A DNA stretch of 64,000 bases from Candidatus Saccharimonadales bacterium (GTDB lineage: Bacteria > Patescibacteriota > Saccharimonadia > Saccharimonadales > DATKHC01), in contig JBBQBA010000001.1 in assembly GCA_038317055.1 (NCBI GenBank), positions 408,153-472,152 on the forward strand, written 5' to 3'. Shown piece after piece: positions 19,819-29,172 of this stretch. The stretch's first letter is position 1; each line of letters opens with the position of its first letter. A program made the position numbers and the translations under genes. Under the pieces are notes generated by a model. The model saw only the letters and a list, made by a program, of their open reading frames with translations, was not told where the DNA came from and did not search any database.

Positions 19819-20890
19819 ATTTGAACTCAACCACATCATCGGTCTGCATAACGTAAGTTTTACCTTCTGTTCTAACTTTTCCGACCGACCTAGCTTTAGC
19901 GAGCGAACCTGACTCCAAAAGATCATTAAATGACACAATATCTGCAGCAATAAAACCTTTTTGAAAGTCTGTGTGAATAACTCCAGCTGCTTCTGGAGCG
20001 GTTGAGCCAACTTTTATGGTCCATGCTCGCACTTCTTTAGGACCAGCTGTTAAATAGCTTTGTAAACCAAGAATTTTATAAGCAGTCTTAATTAATTTAT
20101 TAAGTCCTGATTCCTTCTGGCCATAGGATTCAAGCAGTTCCTGAGCATCACCACTGTCTAGACTATTTAACTCATGCTCAAGTTGAGCATTAATGAATAC
20201 TGTAGGTGCACCTTTTGTTATCTTTTTTAATTCAGCTTGTTTTTCTTCGTCATTTAAAACTGACTCATCAATATTGAAAATATAAATTACTGGTTTTGCT
20301 GTTAACAGTTGAAGATCCGATAGATTGGTTAAATCAAAATCTTTGACATCAAACAGTGGACGGTTATCATCTAGATATTCCTTAGCTTTCTTAATGTCAT
20401 TAACTACTGGTAGTAGTTTGGGGTCAGATTTAAGTAATTTTTCAACATTTCCAAGTCTTTTATTTATTGTTTGAAGATCTGCTAACACTAACTCCGTATT
20501 TATAACTTCGATATCATTCTTTGGATCAACCTCGTCACTAACGTGAACTACATCTTTACTGCTAAAGTCTCTAACAACCTGGCATATAGCATCGCATTCT
20601 CTAATGTGGGATAGAAACTGATTACCCATGCCTTCACCTGAACTAGCGCCTTTTACAAGTCCGGCGATATCAACGAATTTAATTGTGGCTGGAATAACTT
20701 TATCCGCACTATATAGCTCTTCAAGTTTTTCTAGTCGATTATCTGGAACTGGAATAATACCTACATTAGGTTCAATAGTCGCAAAAGGGTAGTTTGCTGC
20801 GAGTACGTTATTACTAGTAAGTGCATTAAATAATGTTGACTTACCAACATTTGGCAGACCAATAATACCAATTTCTAAACTATTTGACAT
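19808..20890 (-). CDS. ychF: Ribosome-binding ATPase YchF
   Basis: 360 aa. GIIGLPNVGKSTLFNALT, the TGS-like C-terminus and the overall YchF pattern. Its 3' end overlaps the tlyA 3' end by 11 nt (convergent). Confidence 0.95.
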   Translation of the reverse strand: MSNSLEIGIIGLPNVGKSTLFNALTSNNVLAANYPFATIEPNVGIIPVPDNRLEKLEELYSADKVIPATIKFVDIAGLVKGASSGEGMGNQFLSHIRECDAICQVVRDFSSKDVVHVSDEVDPKNDIEVINTELVLADLQTINKRLGNVEKLLKSDPKLLPVVNDIKKAKEYLDDNRPLFDVKDFDLTNLSDLQLLTAKPVIYIFNIDESVLNDEEKQAELKKITKGAPTVFINAQLEHELNSLDSGDAQELLESYGQKESGLNKLIKTAYKILGLQSYLTAGPKEVRAWTIKVGSTAPEAAGVIHTDFQKGFIAADIVSFNDLLESGSLAKARSVGKVRTEGKTYVMQTDDVVEFKFNV

Positions 20891-20935
20891 TACGCGTATT
20901 GTAACAGAGATAAACTACAAATTATAAAAGACATC

Positions 20936-21586
20936 TTATTTAATCAACTTAGTCGATATTTCGATTAATAAAGCTGCAAGTGGTGCAATAACTAAGTTAT
21001 CTAGACCATAAGATAGACATCCCTCGACAAAGGTTAGGATTAATGAACACACCAAACTTATTATTACGACTTCAATTCCAGATATATAAGTTTGATGGTT
21101 TAATACTATTATCCCTATCGAGAAGCTGATAATTAAAAATGTCAAACTACCAATATAAGATTTTTTTGAACCAAATAGACTATAGGTTTTCTTACCAAAC
21201 TTTTGACCAATAATACTTGCAAACCCATCACCAAGAGCCATTATTAAAATACCATACGTAAACAAATATCTTTGTTGAAAAAGAATTGCCGTAAGAACAA
21301 TAGCTATAGGAAAGTATACTTCTCCATTTGTCTGTCTCTTGACATGATGTATTGAGCTGAATATGTTTTTTTTCTTTGATAGTAAGAGCACAGGTATAAA
21401 CAATAAACCAACTACTGAAATCTGATAAAAACTCAGATACAAAGGTAGTAGGGCAACTGCTACACCTGAAATAACATGAACAATTTTTCTTGATAGCTCT
21501 TTGTTTAATTTAGCTTTTCGGGTTATTACTTCAACGACAACAAATAAAACAAGGAAAAAAGTAGTAACAAGTAATACTTTTATCAT
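20936..21586 (-). CDS. CdsA / dolichol(polyprenol)-kinase family membrane protein
   Basis: 216 aa, multi-TM. SRKIVHV and GDGFASIIGQKFGK...KSYIGSLTF match the CTP-transferase-1 / polyprenol kinase family pattern. Confidence 0.5.
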   Translation of the reverse strand: MIKVLLVTTFFLVLFVVVEVITRKAKLNKELSRKIVHVISGVAVALLPLYLSFYQISVVGLLFIPVLLLSKKKNIFSSIHHVKRQTNGEVYFPIAIVLTAILFQQRYLFTYGILIMALGDGFASIIGQKFGKKTYSLFGSKKSYIGSLTFLIISFSIGIIVLNHQTYISGIEVVIISLVCSLILTFVEGCLSYGLDNLVIAPLAALLIEISTKLIK

Positions 21587-22149
21587 AATTTATAATCTTC
21601 TTTTATAGCTTGCTGGATTTCTTCGTATAACTTACTTAACTTAGTATTAACAAAGACTCTGTTGGCAACTTTTCTGCCTAATTCTACCTCTTTTTCAAAA
21701 TCTGCTAACCGGGATCCCATATTTTCACCTTTTTCTTGTCTCTCAGCCAATCTCTTTTTTACATTTACTAAACTATCCTCAATTTGATAAATAAAGTAGT
21801 TCGAATAATACTTCTGAAAAAGTGGTAGAAGGGATGCTCTAAGCATAACTAGTGATACTTTATTATTTGTGCTTTCCTTCAATTGTGGCAGCCCGTATAT
21901 AAATGGTAAATTGAACATTTCTACAGTTTCTAAAAAGAAATTATCAGCCTGTTTTTCTTTGAATTCTTTTTTACTTGCAAAATAATGTTCAATCCCAAAC
22001 TCAGCCTCACCAATTCTTGGTGGACGAGTAGTCCATGTAGGGTTAATAATTATGATATTATCGTCAAATAATTTCTTTATTATTGTGGACTTTCCAGAAC
22101 CAGATGGGCCGATAATGACAAGTATTGGTAGGGAGTTATTGTTAGACAT
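21583..22149 (-). CDS. Guanylate-kinase-family P-loop kinase
   Basis: GPSGSGKST (P-loop), TTRPPRIGE..GIEHYF and FLETVEMF..IYG follow the guanylate kinase pattern. Its stop overlaps the next gene's start. Confidence 0.6.
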   Translation of the reverse strand: MSNNNSLPILVIIGPSGSGKSTIIKKLFDDNIIIINPTWTTRPPRIGEAEFGIEHYFASKKEFKEKQADNFFLETVEMFNLPFIYGLPQLKESTNNKVSLVMLRASLLPLFQKYYSNYFIYQIEDSLVNVKKRLAERQEKGENMGSRLADFEKEVELGRKVANRVFVNTKLSKLYEEIQQAIKEDYKL

Positions 22150-22164
22150 GTTTATTAATTATGC

Positions 22165-23181
22165 TCAATCTATTTTAGCAGTATTTGTTTGAATTAATGT
22201 CAATGAAGTGAATGATATAAATACCCCTACAGCGATCGTCATAGCATTAATTGTAATTGTATTAAATTTTCCCGATTGTAGCGAAAGACATGTAAGTAAT
22301 GACAAGACAATAGCATTACCTATTCTTCCAATTACACTAACTCTTATTAGCTGTGATTTATATTTTTTATCATCAGATAACTTATATAATTGATAGAGAA
22401 TGAATAATATTAAAGGTTGAGATAATAATACAAAAACAATGCTCTCACTTGCTAGGCCTTTAATAATAAAAATATCACCTATTATCCAAGCTATACCAGC
22501 AACAAGACAAGTAGGTATAGCACCGTGTCGTACCAAGAAATTTAATTTATTGAATTTTTTATCACCCTTAAAATCACGAAAATCTTTGAGTATAATTCGA
22601 CCTATAAAACTACTATATAGTGCAATTAATACTAACCAACTTAACGAAGTCATATGTCTGTTTAAGATAAAGAAACCAGATAGATAAGGTATAGCTACGT
22701 ACCCTATACTAAGACAAAGTGGAGCATATATACCTCTGTGAGATATTTTAAATGGTGAAACGGAATACATAATATTGTTAATTCCTCCGAATAAAGCAAA
22801 TAGAATATAGTATGGATTAACTAATATTGCAGCAATAACAGAAATACTAAACGCGACTATTCCAACGATCTGTAATTGCCTTGCCGTTGTATTTGTTGTT
22901 ACTAGGGGCCTTGATAAGTCACCAGGCAAGTTAATCTTATCCACCTCTTCATCAGCTGCATCATTAAAACATGTTGCACTAGTGTACATTGCACCTAACA
23001 TGACTTGCGTAAGTACGAATTTTACTGAAATGACATTTGAAGGGTGAATAATTACATAACCAATAGCGGAAAATGTAATCATCATCAACACAGTTCTAAT
23101 TCTTAGCATCCTGTAAAAAATCAATAGCCAATAGTTAATGCTAACTTGTGAGAATTTACTGGAGACCGTAGCACTAATCAT
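22165..23181 (-). CDS. UbiA-family aromatic/polyprenyl-phosphate prenyltransferase
   Basis: 338 aa, about 8 TM. First Asp-rich motif NDAADEEVDKIN (NDxxDxxxD) and a second region KDFRDFKGDKK. Confidence 0.7.
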   Translation of the reverse strand: MISATVSSKFSQVSINYWLLIFYRMLRIRTVLMMITFSAIGYVIIHPSNVISVKFVLTQVMLGAMYTSATCFNDAADEEVDKINLPGDLSRPLVTTNTTARQLQIVGIVAFSISVIAAILVNPYYILFALFGGINNIMYSVSPFKISHRGIYAPLCLSIGYVAIPYLSGFFILNRHMTSLSWLVLIALYSSFIGRIILKDFRDFKGDKKFNKLNFLVRHGAIPTCLVAGIAWIIGDIFIIKGLASESIVFVLLSQPLILFILYQLYKLSDDKKYKSQLIRVSVIGRIGNAIVLSLLTCLSLQSGKFNTITINAMTIAVGVFISFTSLTLIQTNTAKID

Positions 23182-23597
23182 TACATGTTTTTAGAGCCAC
23201 TCGATTGTGAACTAAATGTAATTACTAAAATAATTATTCCAACCACAAAAAGTCCAGCTGTGATTGCGATTCCTGCAAGTATTCCACCAACGAGTCTAGT
23301 AACTTTTTTGGAAGTTGTCGAGGTTGTATCCTCACTATCACTATAAACAGTATAGTTGCCATCCGGTTTATATATTACTTTTGGCCTAGAGTCTTCCAGC
23401 TTGCCATTTCTATTACGTAAAGCTGCCAGAAGATACGCGATAGCAATTAGTGGACCTATCCCTGCAAATATACCTACGATTAGTATTCCCAACCATGTCA
23501 TACTCGACTTACCGGTATATTTTTTAAATATTAAAACCAGTGCAAATATTACTAAAACATACGAAGCTAAGTAAATAGTCGATAAATTAGCAAACAT
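23181..23597 (-). CDS. Membrane protein (hypothetical)
   Basis: 138 aa, three hydrophobic segments, tightly packed with neighbours. Confidence 0.4.
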   Translation of the reverse strand: MFANLSTIYLASYVLVIFALVLIFKKYTGKSSMTWLGILIVGIFAGIGPLIAIAYLLAALRNRNGKLEDSRPKVIYKPDGNYTVYSDSEDTTSTTSKKVTRLVGGILAGIAITAGLFVVGIIILVITFSSQSSGSKNM

Positions 23598-23600
23598 CGA

Positions 23601-24419
23601 TTAGCCTATACCCCTATAAATATAAATAGCCCAAGTTATGTGAAATATCACTACAAGAGATACTCCAGATACAAAGAAATATTTTAAGTCGGATCTTCGC
23701 CTAACTTGAGCATATGCTTCAACTGTAGCAATGATTATTATAAATATGAGCGCTGACAGTAAGGCAGTTTTAGCTTTAAAAATGTCACCTAGATACGATG
23801 CTGAAGTCGTACCTGATATTATAGGTAACCTAAAAAATATTATTCTTGCTAATGTAATCAACAAGAATAGGGACATCGCAAGAATAAATTTACCATCTCT
23901 AGTTAATATAATGGATTTATGTAAGGATTTACTCAGTACTTTTCCATCAAATACTAAATATAGAATAAAGAAACCAAAAATATATAAACAGCTTACCAAA
24001 ATTGCGTTATACAAAATTGAATTAAAACTCACCATATGCTTATTTGAATATTCTGAGATTGAAAGCGTATATTTAACGTAAATTATTAATACGTTATATG
24101 TAACTGCAGCAATTAACCAGTTGTTAGAAAAATGAAATTTTGTTCTGAAATATGCTAGATAAATTACAGTTAAAAAAGATATCGATAATAATACAATAAA
24201 TTGTCCTAGTAGGAGTGATTTATTTGACGAGAAGATAATTCTATTGTGATTATTTATATTGGGTACGAAATATGCTACAACCGCCGAAGTAATGAATAGA
24301 ATAAATAAACCAGCGAAGATTGTAGTCCAAGGGTTTTTAATTTCTCCTTTTTTTTGTGACACGAAATACCTGCTTAAGCTTATTATGGGAATTGTATAAT
24401 CATTAAAAATAATATACAA
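23601..24419 (-). CDS. Polytopic membrane protein (hypothetical)
   Basis: 272 aa, 7-8 hydrophobic segments, very AT-rich. No known motif. Confidence 0.4.
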   Translation of the reverse strand: MYIIFNDYTIPIISLSRYFVSQKKGEIKNPWTTIFAGLFILFITSAVVAYFVPNINNHNRIIFSSNKSLLLGQFIVLLSISFLTVIYLAYFRTKFHFSNNWLIAAVTYNVLIIYVKYTLSISEYSNKHMVSFNSILYNAILVSCLYIFGFFILYLVFDGKVLSKSLHKSIILTRDGKFILAMSLFLLITLARIIFFRLPIISGTTSASYLGDIFKAKTALLSALIFIIIIATVEAYAQVRRRSDLKYFFVSGVSLVVIFHITWAIYIYRGIG

Positions 24420-24547
24420 ACTATTATTTAAAATCTTAGCTAAACCTCATATAAAAGATACATCATCAATTCTAAATATATTTACTCCTTTTTAATTTTA
24501 TTTGGGGTAAATAGTTAAATCTAAGAATAATTCTATAATTAAAAACT

Positions 24548-25330
24548 CTACTTACTTTTTCGAGGTAGAGAATTGTAATACGGCATGTTCTTTAAACAAG
24601 AATCTAGAATATGCCAAAGCTGAAGAAACGAACCTGATATTAGGGGATTAGAGATTGTCACTGCATGTGGCTCCGTACCGTAAAGAACGATTAACAGGCT
24701 AGATTTTGTAACACTCCACTCAACAGGCATATTGTAGTCTTCATTTTTCATCCAGGTAACATCTAGATTTGTTCGCTTGTGATTTGAGTTATTAGTTGGT
24801 CCATTTGTACCATCTGGCATGATGCCAAATCTGTTAAGTCCATGTCGACTTGGCTTGACCCTTATTTCATGCATTGTATCGAATCCCATAGAAGTAATAT
24901 CTGATAGCGATCGAACAAAATATATATCCTCGCTTAAGTGAATCTGATTACGAAAGGCGTTTGCCACTTGTTCTCGACCACTAACCACCTCAACTCCGGG
25001 TTGCTCATTATGAGAGTAGTATTTAGTTACTAAATCTTTCATTACTGCAGTTACAGCATTTTCTCTAGAAGTAGCTTCAGCCCTTAAATTAGCTGCGAGA
25101 GCAGTAAGGGCAGTCGGATTACTGATTTGATACATACCTTTAAATTCATCACTTTTTTCAGCTAGACCAAGTTCTGATAACTTGTCGAATAATTTATACG
25201 AATTAGTTCTTGTTAGCTTGAGTTTATTTGCTGCATCTGGAGGTGAGATACGTCCTTCTTCAATTAAAAGGGCATAAGCAGAAGCTTGGGTTTTGGTAAG
25301 TCCAGTTGCAACTAGTTGATCTATATCCAT
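24548..25330 (-). CDS. TrmB-like winged-helix transcriptional regulator
   Basis: MDIDQLVATGLTKTQASAYALLIEEGRISPPDAANKLKLTRTNSYKLFDKLSELGLA is a TrmB-type N-terminal HTH. I prefer the ATG at 25330 over the listed GTG at 25348. Confidence 0.6.
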   Translation of the reverse strand: MDIDQLVATGLTKTQASAYALLIEEGRISPPDAANKLKLTRTNSYKLFDKLSELGLAEKSDEFKGMYQISNPTALTALAANLRAEATSRENAVTAVMKDLVTKYYSHNEQPGVEVVSGREQVANAFRNQIHLSEDIYFVRSLSDITSMGFDTMHEIRVKPSRHGLNRFGIMPDGTNGPTNNSNHKRTNLDVTWMKNEDYNMPVEWSVTKSSLLIVLYGTEPHAVTISNPLISGSFLQLWHILDSCLKNMPYYNSLPRKSK

Positions 25331-25356
25331 AGTAGTAATATAGCACACTTTTTATT

Positions 25357-25381
25357 ATTTGTGAAGTCTTAATTCACAAAT
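25357..25381. promoter_or_regulatory. 9-bp perfect inverted repeat (candidate operator) upstream of the TrmB-like gene
   Basis: atttgtgaa-gtcttaa-ttcacaaat read directly, 27-51 nt upstream of the preferred start codon. Confidence 0.3.
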
Positions 25382-25426
25382 ATATACGAATATATAACTG
25401 TTAACAATGACTTTGTTAAAGCACTA

Positions 25427-25455
25427 TTGACAAATAATGCAATTTACGATAAAAT
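25427..25455 (+). promoter_or_regulatory. Sigma-70-type promoter for the 25494 operon
   Basis: TTGACA, 17 nt, TAAAAT. An aagga SD-like element lies just upstream of the ATG at 25494. Confidence 0.4.
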
Positions 25456-25493
25456 AGTAGCTATTGAATTTAATGTGAGGAATTAATAAGGAT

Positions 25494-26387
25494 ATGAGTG
25501 AAAAACTAACTTTTGAAAATTATAGTCCTACTAGAGATGGTCTCGAGGGTATTTATGATATTGGAGCAAACGATATTCATAGCGACGGTGTAGCTCGGGA
25601 AATAGCTGTAGCATTTGACTATGAACTGACATCTACCCCAGATGTAGAAAACTTAGGTGGTCTAATCGGTAAAGTAGGCCAAGCTAAGGAGTTACAGGAG
25701 AATATAGCTGGCGTTAGAGAAGTACTTGGAACTGACGAAGATGCAGTTTCGATTGCTCGAAGCTGGGCAGAAAGCTCAGGTTTTCTAATTCCAGTTGAAC
25801 GAAGCTTTTCCTCAGCTGAAGATGTTGAAGCTGTCGATATCGATCTAGTGGTAATTACTGGTGGGGTTCGTAATTGGATGGAACGGCGAGCCAACCGTCT
25901 AATCGAGTTAAAACAAGAAAGAAATATCACTGAAGTCTTACTTGCAGGCGGTAATAGAACAATGAAAGTTCAAGAAGGAGCTGGTGTTGAAGATAATATG
26001 ACAGAAGCAGACTATATGCAGACTGTTATAGCCCCAAGACTTGGTGATCTAGGTATTAGTGCTGAAGTTTTAAGAGTCGATTCTGGTAGCGGAAATGAAG
26101 TTATGCAAGCCGCGGTAGATAAATCCAAAGACTTAGTAGACTTTAACGTTGGTCACATTGCAGTAGTTTCAAATGCTGGCGCTTGGGTTCAGAATGCTGG
26201 GCAATATCTAAGAGCCGTCAAAAGCACAAAACCGGTATTTGATATGTATGGTTCTCAGCTCGAAGTTGTATCAGATTCATTTGAATTAGGTACAGGATCT
26301 GAGCCAACTTCAACACATCAAAATCCGTTCTCGGCTGCCGGACAAATAGTTCGGAACTTGCAAGAATTTACCAGACACGCATATTAG
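25494..26387 (+). CDS. Hypothetical protein, possibly DUF218/YdcF-like
   Basis: 297 aa. DLVVITGGVRNWMERRANRLIEL...VLLAGGNR...TEADYM...RVDSGSGNEVMQ loosely follows the DUF218 pattern. By eye only. Confidence 0.3.
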   Translation: MSEKLTFENYSPTRDGLEGIYDIGANDIHSDGVAREIAVAFDYELTSTPDVENLGGLIGKVGQAKELQENIAGVREVLGTDEDAVSIARSWAESSGFLIPVERSFSSAEDVEAVDIDLVVITGGVRNWMERRANRLIELKQERNITEVLLAGGNRTMKVQEGAGVEDNMTEADYMQTVIAPRLGDLGISAEVLRVDSGSGNEVMQAAVDKSKDLVDFNVGHIAVVSNAGAWVQNAGQYLRAVKSTKPVFDMYGSQLEVVSDSFELGTGSEPTSTHQNPFSAAGQIVRNLQEFTRHAY

Positions 26388-26407
26388 TTAAATTAAGGAA
26401 TAACGCA

Positions 26408-27046
26408 ATGACAGAAGTAAAATTATATAATCCAACAGAATTAAACAGAGAAGAATGGGCAGATTTGCAAGTTCTTTTTAGAGACTCAGTTGGTTCAACA
26501 ATTGAAAAGTACGGCATAAATGATAGATATGACATAGAAATCGATGCATTAGCAGAGATGGATGATCCAGAACGCTTTTATCGGTCACATCTTGATCCAA
26601 ATACTGAAGTTGGCCGACGATACCGAAAAGGTCAATCCTATTCTAACCCTAGGGTAGCAGTTGCTACTGAAGCCAATGAGCCAGTTGGATTTATGTATGT
26701 TGCCAATAATGTTTCAGGTAGTAACAAGGAACTAAAAAGACTATCAATTATAAAAAATTATTTATGGCTTAGAGAAGTAGCGGTAAAACCCGACCAGCAA
26801 AGACAGGGAATAGCAAAACAACTTGGAGTAACAATTCTAAAAAGTGCAAATAAGCTACAACCTGTATCCGCTTATGTGTGGCCCAATGAAATAAGCTTCC
26901 TACCTAGTGTTCTAGAACAATTAGGATTTGTTAAAACAGGTGAAGATGAAATTCCAGTTTTTGGAGATGAGTTTCCTTCAACTACACAAATAAGAATGCA
27001 AGCTTCGAGCGTTAAAAACGTGCTTAGTTTACTGGAGAAAAACTAA
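26408..27046 (+). CDS. GNAT-family N-acetyltransferase
   Basis: LREVAVKPDQQRQGIAKQLG is the acetyl-CoA-binding motif A (Q/RxxGxG/A). 212 aa. Confidence 0.7.
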   Translation: MTEVKLYNPTELNREEWADLQVLFRDSVGSTIEKYGINDRYDIEIDALAEMDDPERFYRSHLDPNTEVGRRYRKGQSYSNPRVAVATEANEPVGFMYVANNVSGSNKELKRLSIIKNYLWLREVAVKPDQQRQGIAKQLGVTILKSANKLQPVSAYVWPNEISFLPSVLEQLGFVKTGEDEIPVFGDEFPSTTQIRMQASSVKNVLSLLEKN

Positions 27047-27062
27047 ATTAAACAGATATTTC

Positions 27063-27629
27063 TCAAAGAACTTTTAGGGCTATTAATAAACCAACAAAAA
27101 TCAAGATAACACCGCTAAGTATTTCACTATAACTTCCAACTTTCGAATTTAATTTATTACCAAGTTCTAATCCTATAAGCGCCAGTCCTATGCTGATGGT
27201 GCCAATTACTATAGCTGAAAGTAATATTGGTTGATTATGAGTGCCTAAACCAAAACCAATAATAAGATTGTCTATACTAAGCGCTAATCCGGTAAATATA
27301 AGCTTTGCCCAACCTTTTGAGGCATTTACTACGTCTTTATCATCAGACTTTCGGAGACTACTGATGATTAGGTATATTCCTGTTAATCCTAATAATAAGC
27401 CACCTATTATATTAGCCTTACCGCCTAGGTCATGAGCAATCCGTTGACCTATTAATAAACCAATTATTGGCATTCCGGTTTCGAAAATACCGAAAACTAT
27501 AGCAATACGAATACGGAGTTTTTTAGTTACACCACCAAGTCCAATTGCAACAGATGCGGCAAAATTACCTAAACCTACTGATAAGCCCACTAGTAGAAGG
27601 GTGACTACTTCTTTCATTAGAATTATCAT
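27063..27629 (-). CDS. mntP: Manganese efflux pump MntP (DUF204)
   Basis: The C-terminal 184-188 aa of the listed 304-aa ORF match MntP in size and pattern (two GxxxxxDxF/NLIIGFGLG-type halves, 6 TM). Start taken at Met117 (27629) or Met121 (27617). The upstream 116 codons are antisense to the next gene. Confidence 0.7.
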   Translation of the reverse strand: MIILMKEVVTLLLVGLSVGLGNFAASVAIGLGGVTKKLRIRIAIVFGIFETGMPIIGLLIGQRIAHDLGGKANIIGGLLLGLTGIYLIISSLRKSDDKDVVNASKGWAKLIFTGLALSIDNLIIGFGLGTHNQPILLSAIVIGTISIGLALIGLELGNKLNSKVGSYSEILSGVILIFVGLLIALKVL

Positions 27630-27669
27630 AGCATCATATATAAACTTGACAAATAGAGATAAAAGGTGT

Positions 27670-29163
27670 ATGATAGAACAGATTATGGTTGGATTTGGAA
27701 AGAGCCCCAAAAAGGCAATTATAGGACTACTTATAGCTGCTATAAGTATGACCCCAGTTATTTCAAGCTCTATTTCAGAGGCTGTATATGCTGCTAATCC
27801 AACTTCTCCAGCAGTAAACTCGATTACAGCAGGTGCAAATGACCCAACAACTGATCCTGCGAGTGCAACAATAGCCGCTAGCCCAACTGAACAAATTGAG
27901 CTAGTAAACTCTAGATATATGATTCTTAGGGGAGGTAAAACAGCTGCAACTGGTACTTCGGCTGATTTAGTCGGCAAAAGTGGTACATTTTTATCAGATC
28001 CCCAAATAATGTGGGATGCTTCAACGGGTAGATTTTTCTACAGTTTATTTGAGAACATTGGTACAACGTCGCCTAATGAAGGTATTGCCTGGGGTTTTAG
28101 TAAGAATGCGACACCATCTGGCCCGAGTGATTTTTGTTCATACTTCAACGGTTTTAACTACGGTGCAACTTCGTTCCCAGACCGACAATCCCTGGGTGAT
28201 TCAGGTAACTTTATCCTAATCGGTAGTAACCGATACAGTACATCAAATGAATCTATTATGGGTTCTGATTTAGCCTGGATAACAAAACCAGCAGCTGGTA
28301 CATCATGTCCACCAGCAAGCTCATTTACTTCGGGTGTTAAATCACTAACTAATCCTGATGGAACTCCAGCCTATACACCTACTCCAGCTAAACAGGTTGG
28401 TGCAACCGCTACTGGTTATGTAGCTGCTACACCAAATTATGTTTCAGGAAAGACATTAAGTTTATTTAGCGTAACAAAGAGTCCAACAAGCAATTCAGCA
28501 GTAATTAGCAAAGCTAGTTCAGTTCCAGTACCTGCTTTCAGCAATCCTCCAAGTGCACCTCAAGCTGGTAAAACAATATACACTGGTCTTCCAGCATCAC
28601 CTCTTGAAACACGAATTTATCTATCTCAGGCAATTATGGCATTAGATCCTCGACTTGGTCATTATGTTATCTGGACAGCTCACACAATAGCCGGTGGTGC
28701 AGGCTCAGAAGTACGATGGTACGAGATTAATCCTGCAAACTTATCACTTGATCAAGTAGGAACTGTTAGTGACCCTAATCTATACGTATTCAACGCTACG
28801 ATATCTCCTGACAGGGTAGTAACAACTTCAACAAAAGCATTCGGTGATTCTGCGATTGTTAATGTAAGTACATCATCTATAAATACATTTCCTGCAATAC
28901 AAATGGTCTCTACTGTTAGCGGTAAGCCTCAATCAAAGCTTGTAATGGTCAAGCAGTCCAGTGGTACTAATTTAGATTTCACCTGTTTCACACCAAGAAC
29001 GATGACCTGTAGATGGGGAGATTACTCAGGTATAGTCCCTGATCCAAACTCACCAATATCTGCAACTCATGGAAATATGTGGTTATCTAATCAGTGGAAC
29101 ACACCAAACATCGATGATAGTACACCGGTTTGGCAAACTTCAATCGTAAACGTTCACCCTTAA
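27670..29163 (+). CDS. Secreted protein of unknown function (possible beta-propeller-like)
   Basis: Internal Met (27670 or 27685) gives a signal peptide: GKSPKKAIIGLLIAAISMTPVISSSISEAVYA/AN. The body is S/T/P/N-rich, with motifs DPQIMWD, RWYEINP and CRWGDYSG. Confidence 0.5.
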   Translation: MIEQIMVGFGKSPKKAIIGLLIAAISMTPVISSSISEAVYAANPTSPAVNSITAGANDPTTDPASATIAASPTEQIELVNSRYMILRGGKTAATGTSADLVGKSGTFLSDPQIMWDASTGRFFYSLFENIGTTSPNEGIAWGFSKNATPSGPSDFCSYFNGFNYGATSFPDRQSLGDSGNFILIGSNRYSTSNESIMGSDLAWITKPAAGTSCPPASSFTSGVKSLTNPDGTPAYTPTPAKQVGATATGYVAATPNYVSGKTLSLFSVTKSPTSNSAVISKASSVPVPAFSNPPSAPQAGKTIYTGLPASPLETRIYLSQAIMALDPRLGHYVIWTAHTIAGGAGSEVRWYEINPANLSLDQVGTVSDPNLYVFNATISPDRVVTTSTKAFGDSAIVNVSTSSINTFPAIQMVSTVSGKPQSKLVMVKQSSGTNLDFTCFTPRTMTCRWGDYSGIVPDPNSPISATHGNMWLSNQWNTPNIDDSTPVWQTSIVNVHP

Positions 29164-29172
29164 ATAAAAAAC

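Noticed and set aside
27630-27977. N-terminal 116 codons of the listed 304-aa minus-strand ORF (27063..27977)
   Set aside because: They are antisense to the signal-peptide-encoding 5' end of the plus-strand secreted protein. MntP homology begins only at Met117/Met121, so I treated this as an ORF-caller extension, not coding sequence.
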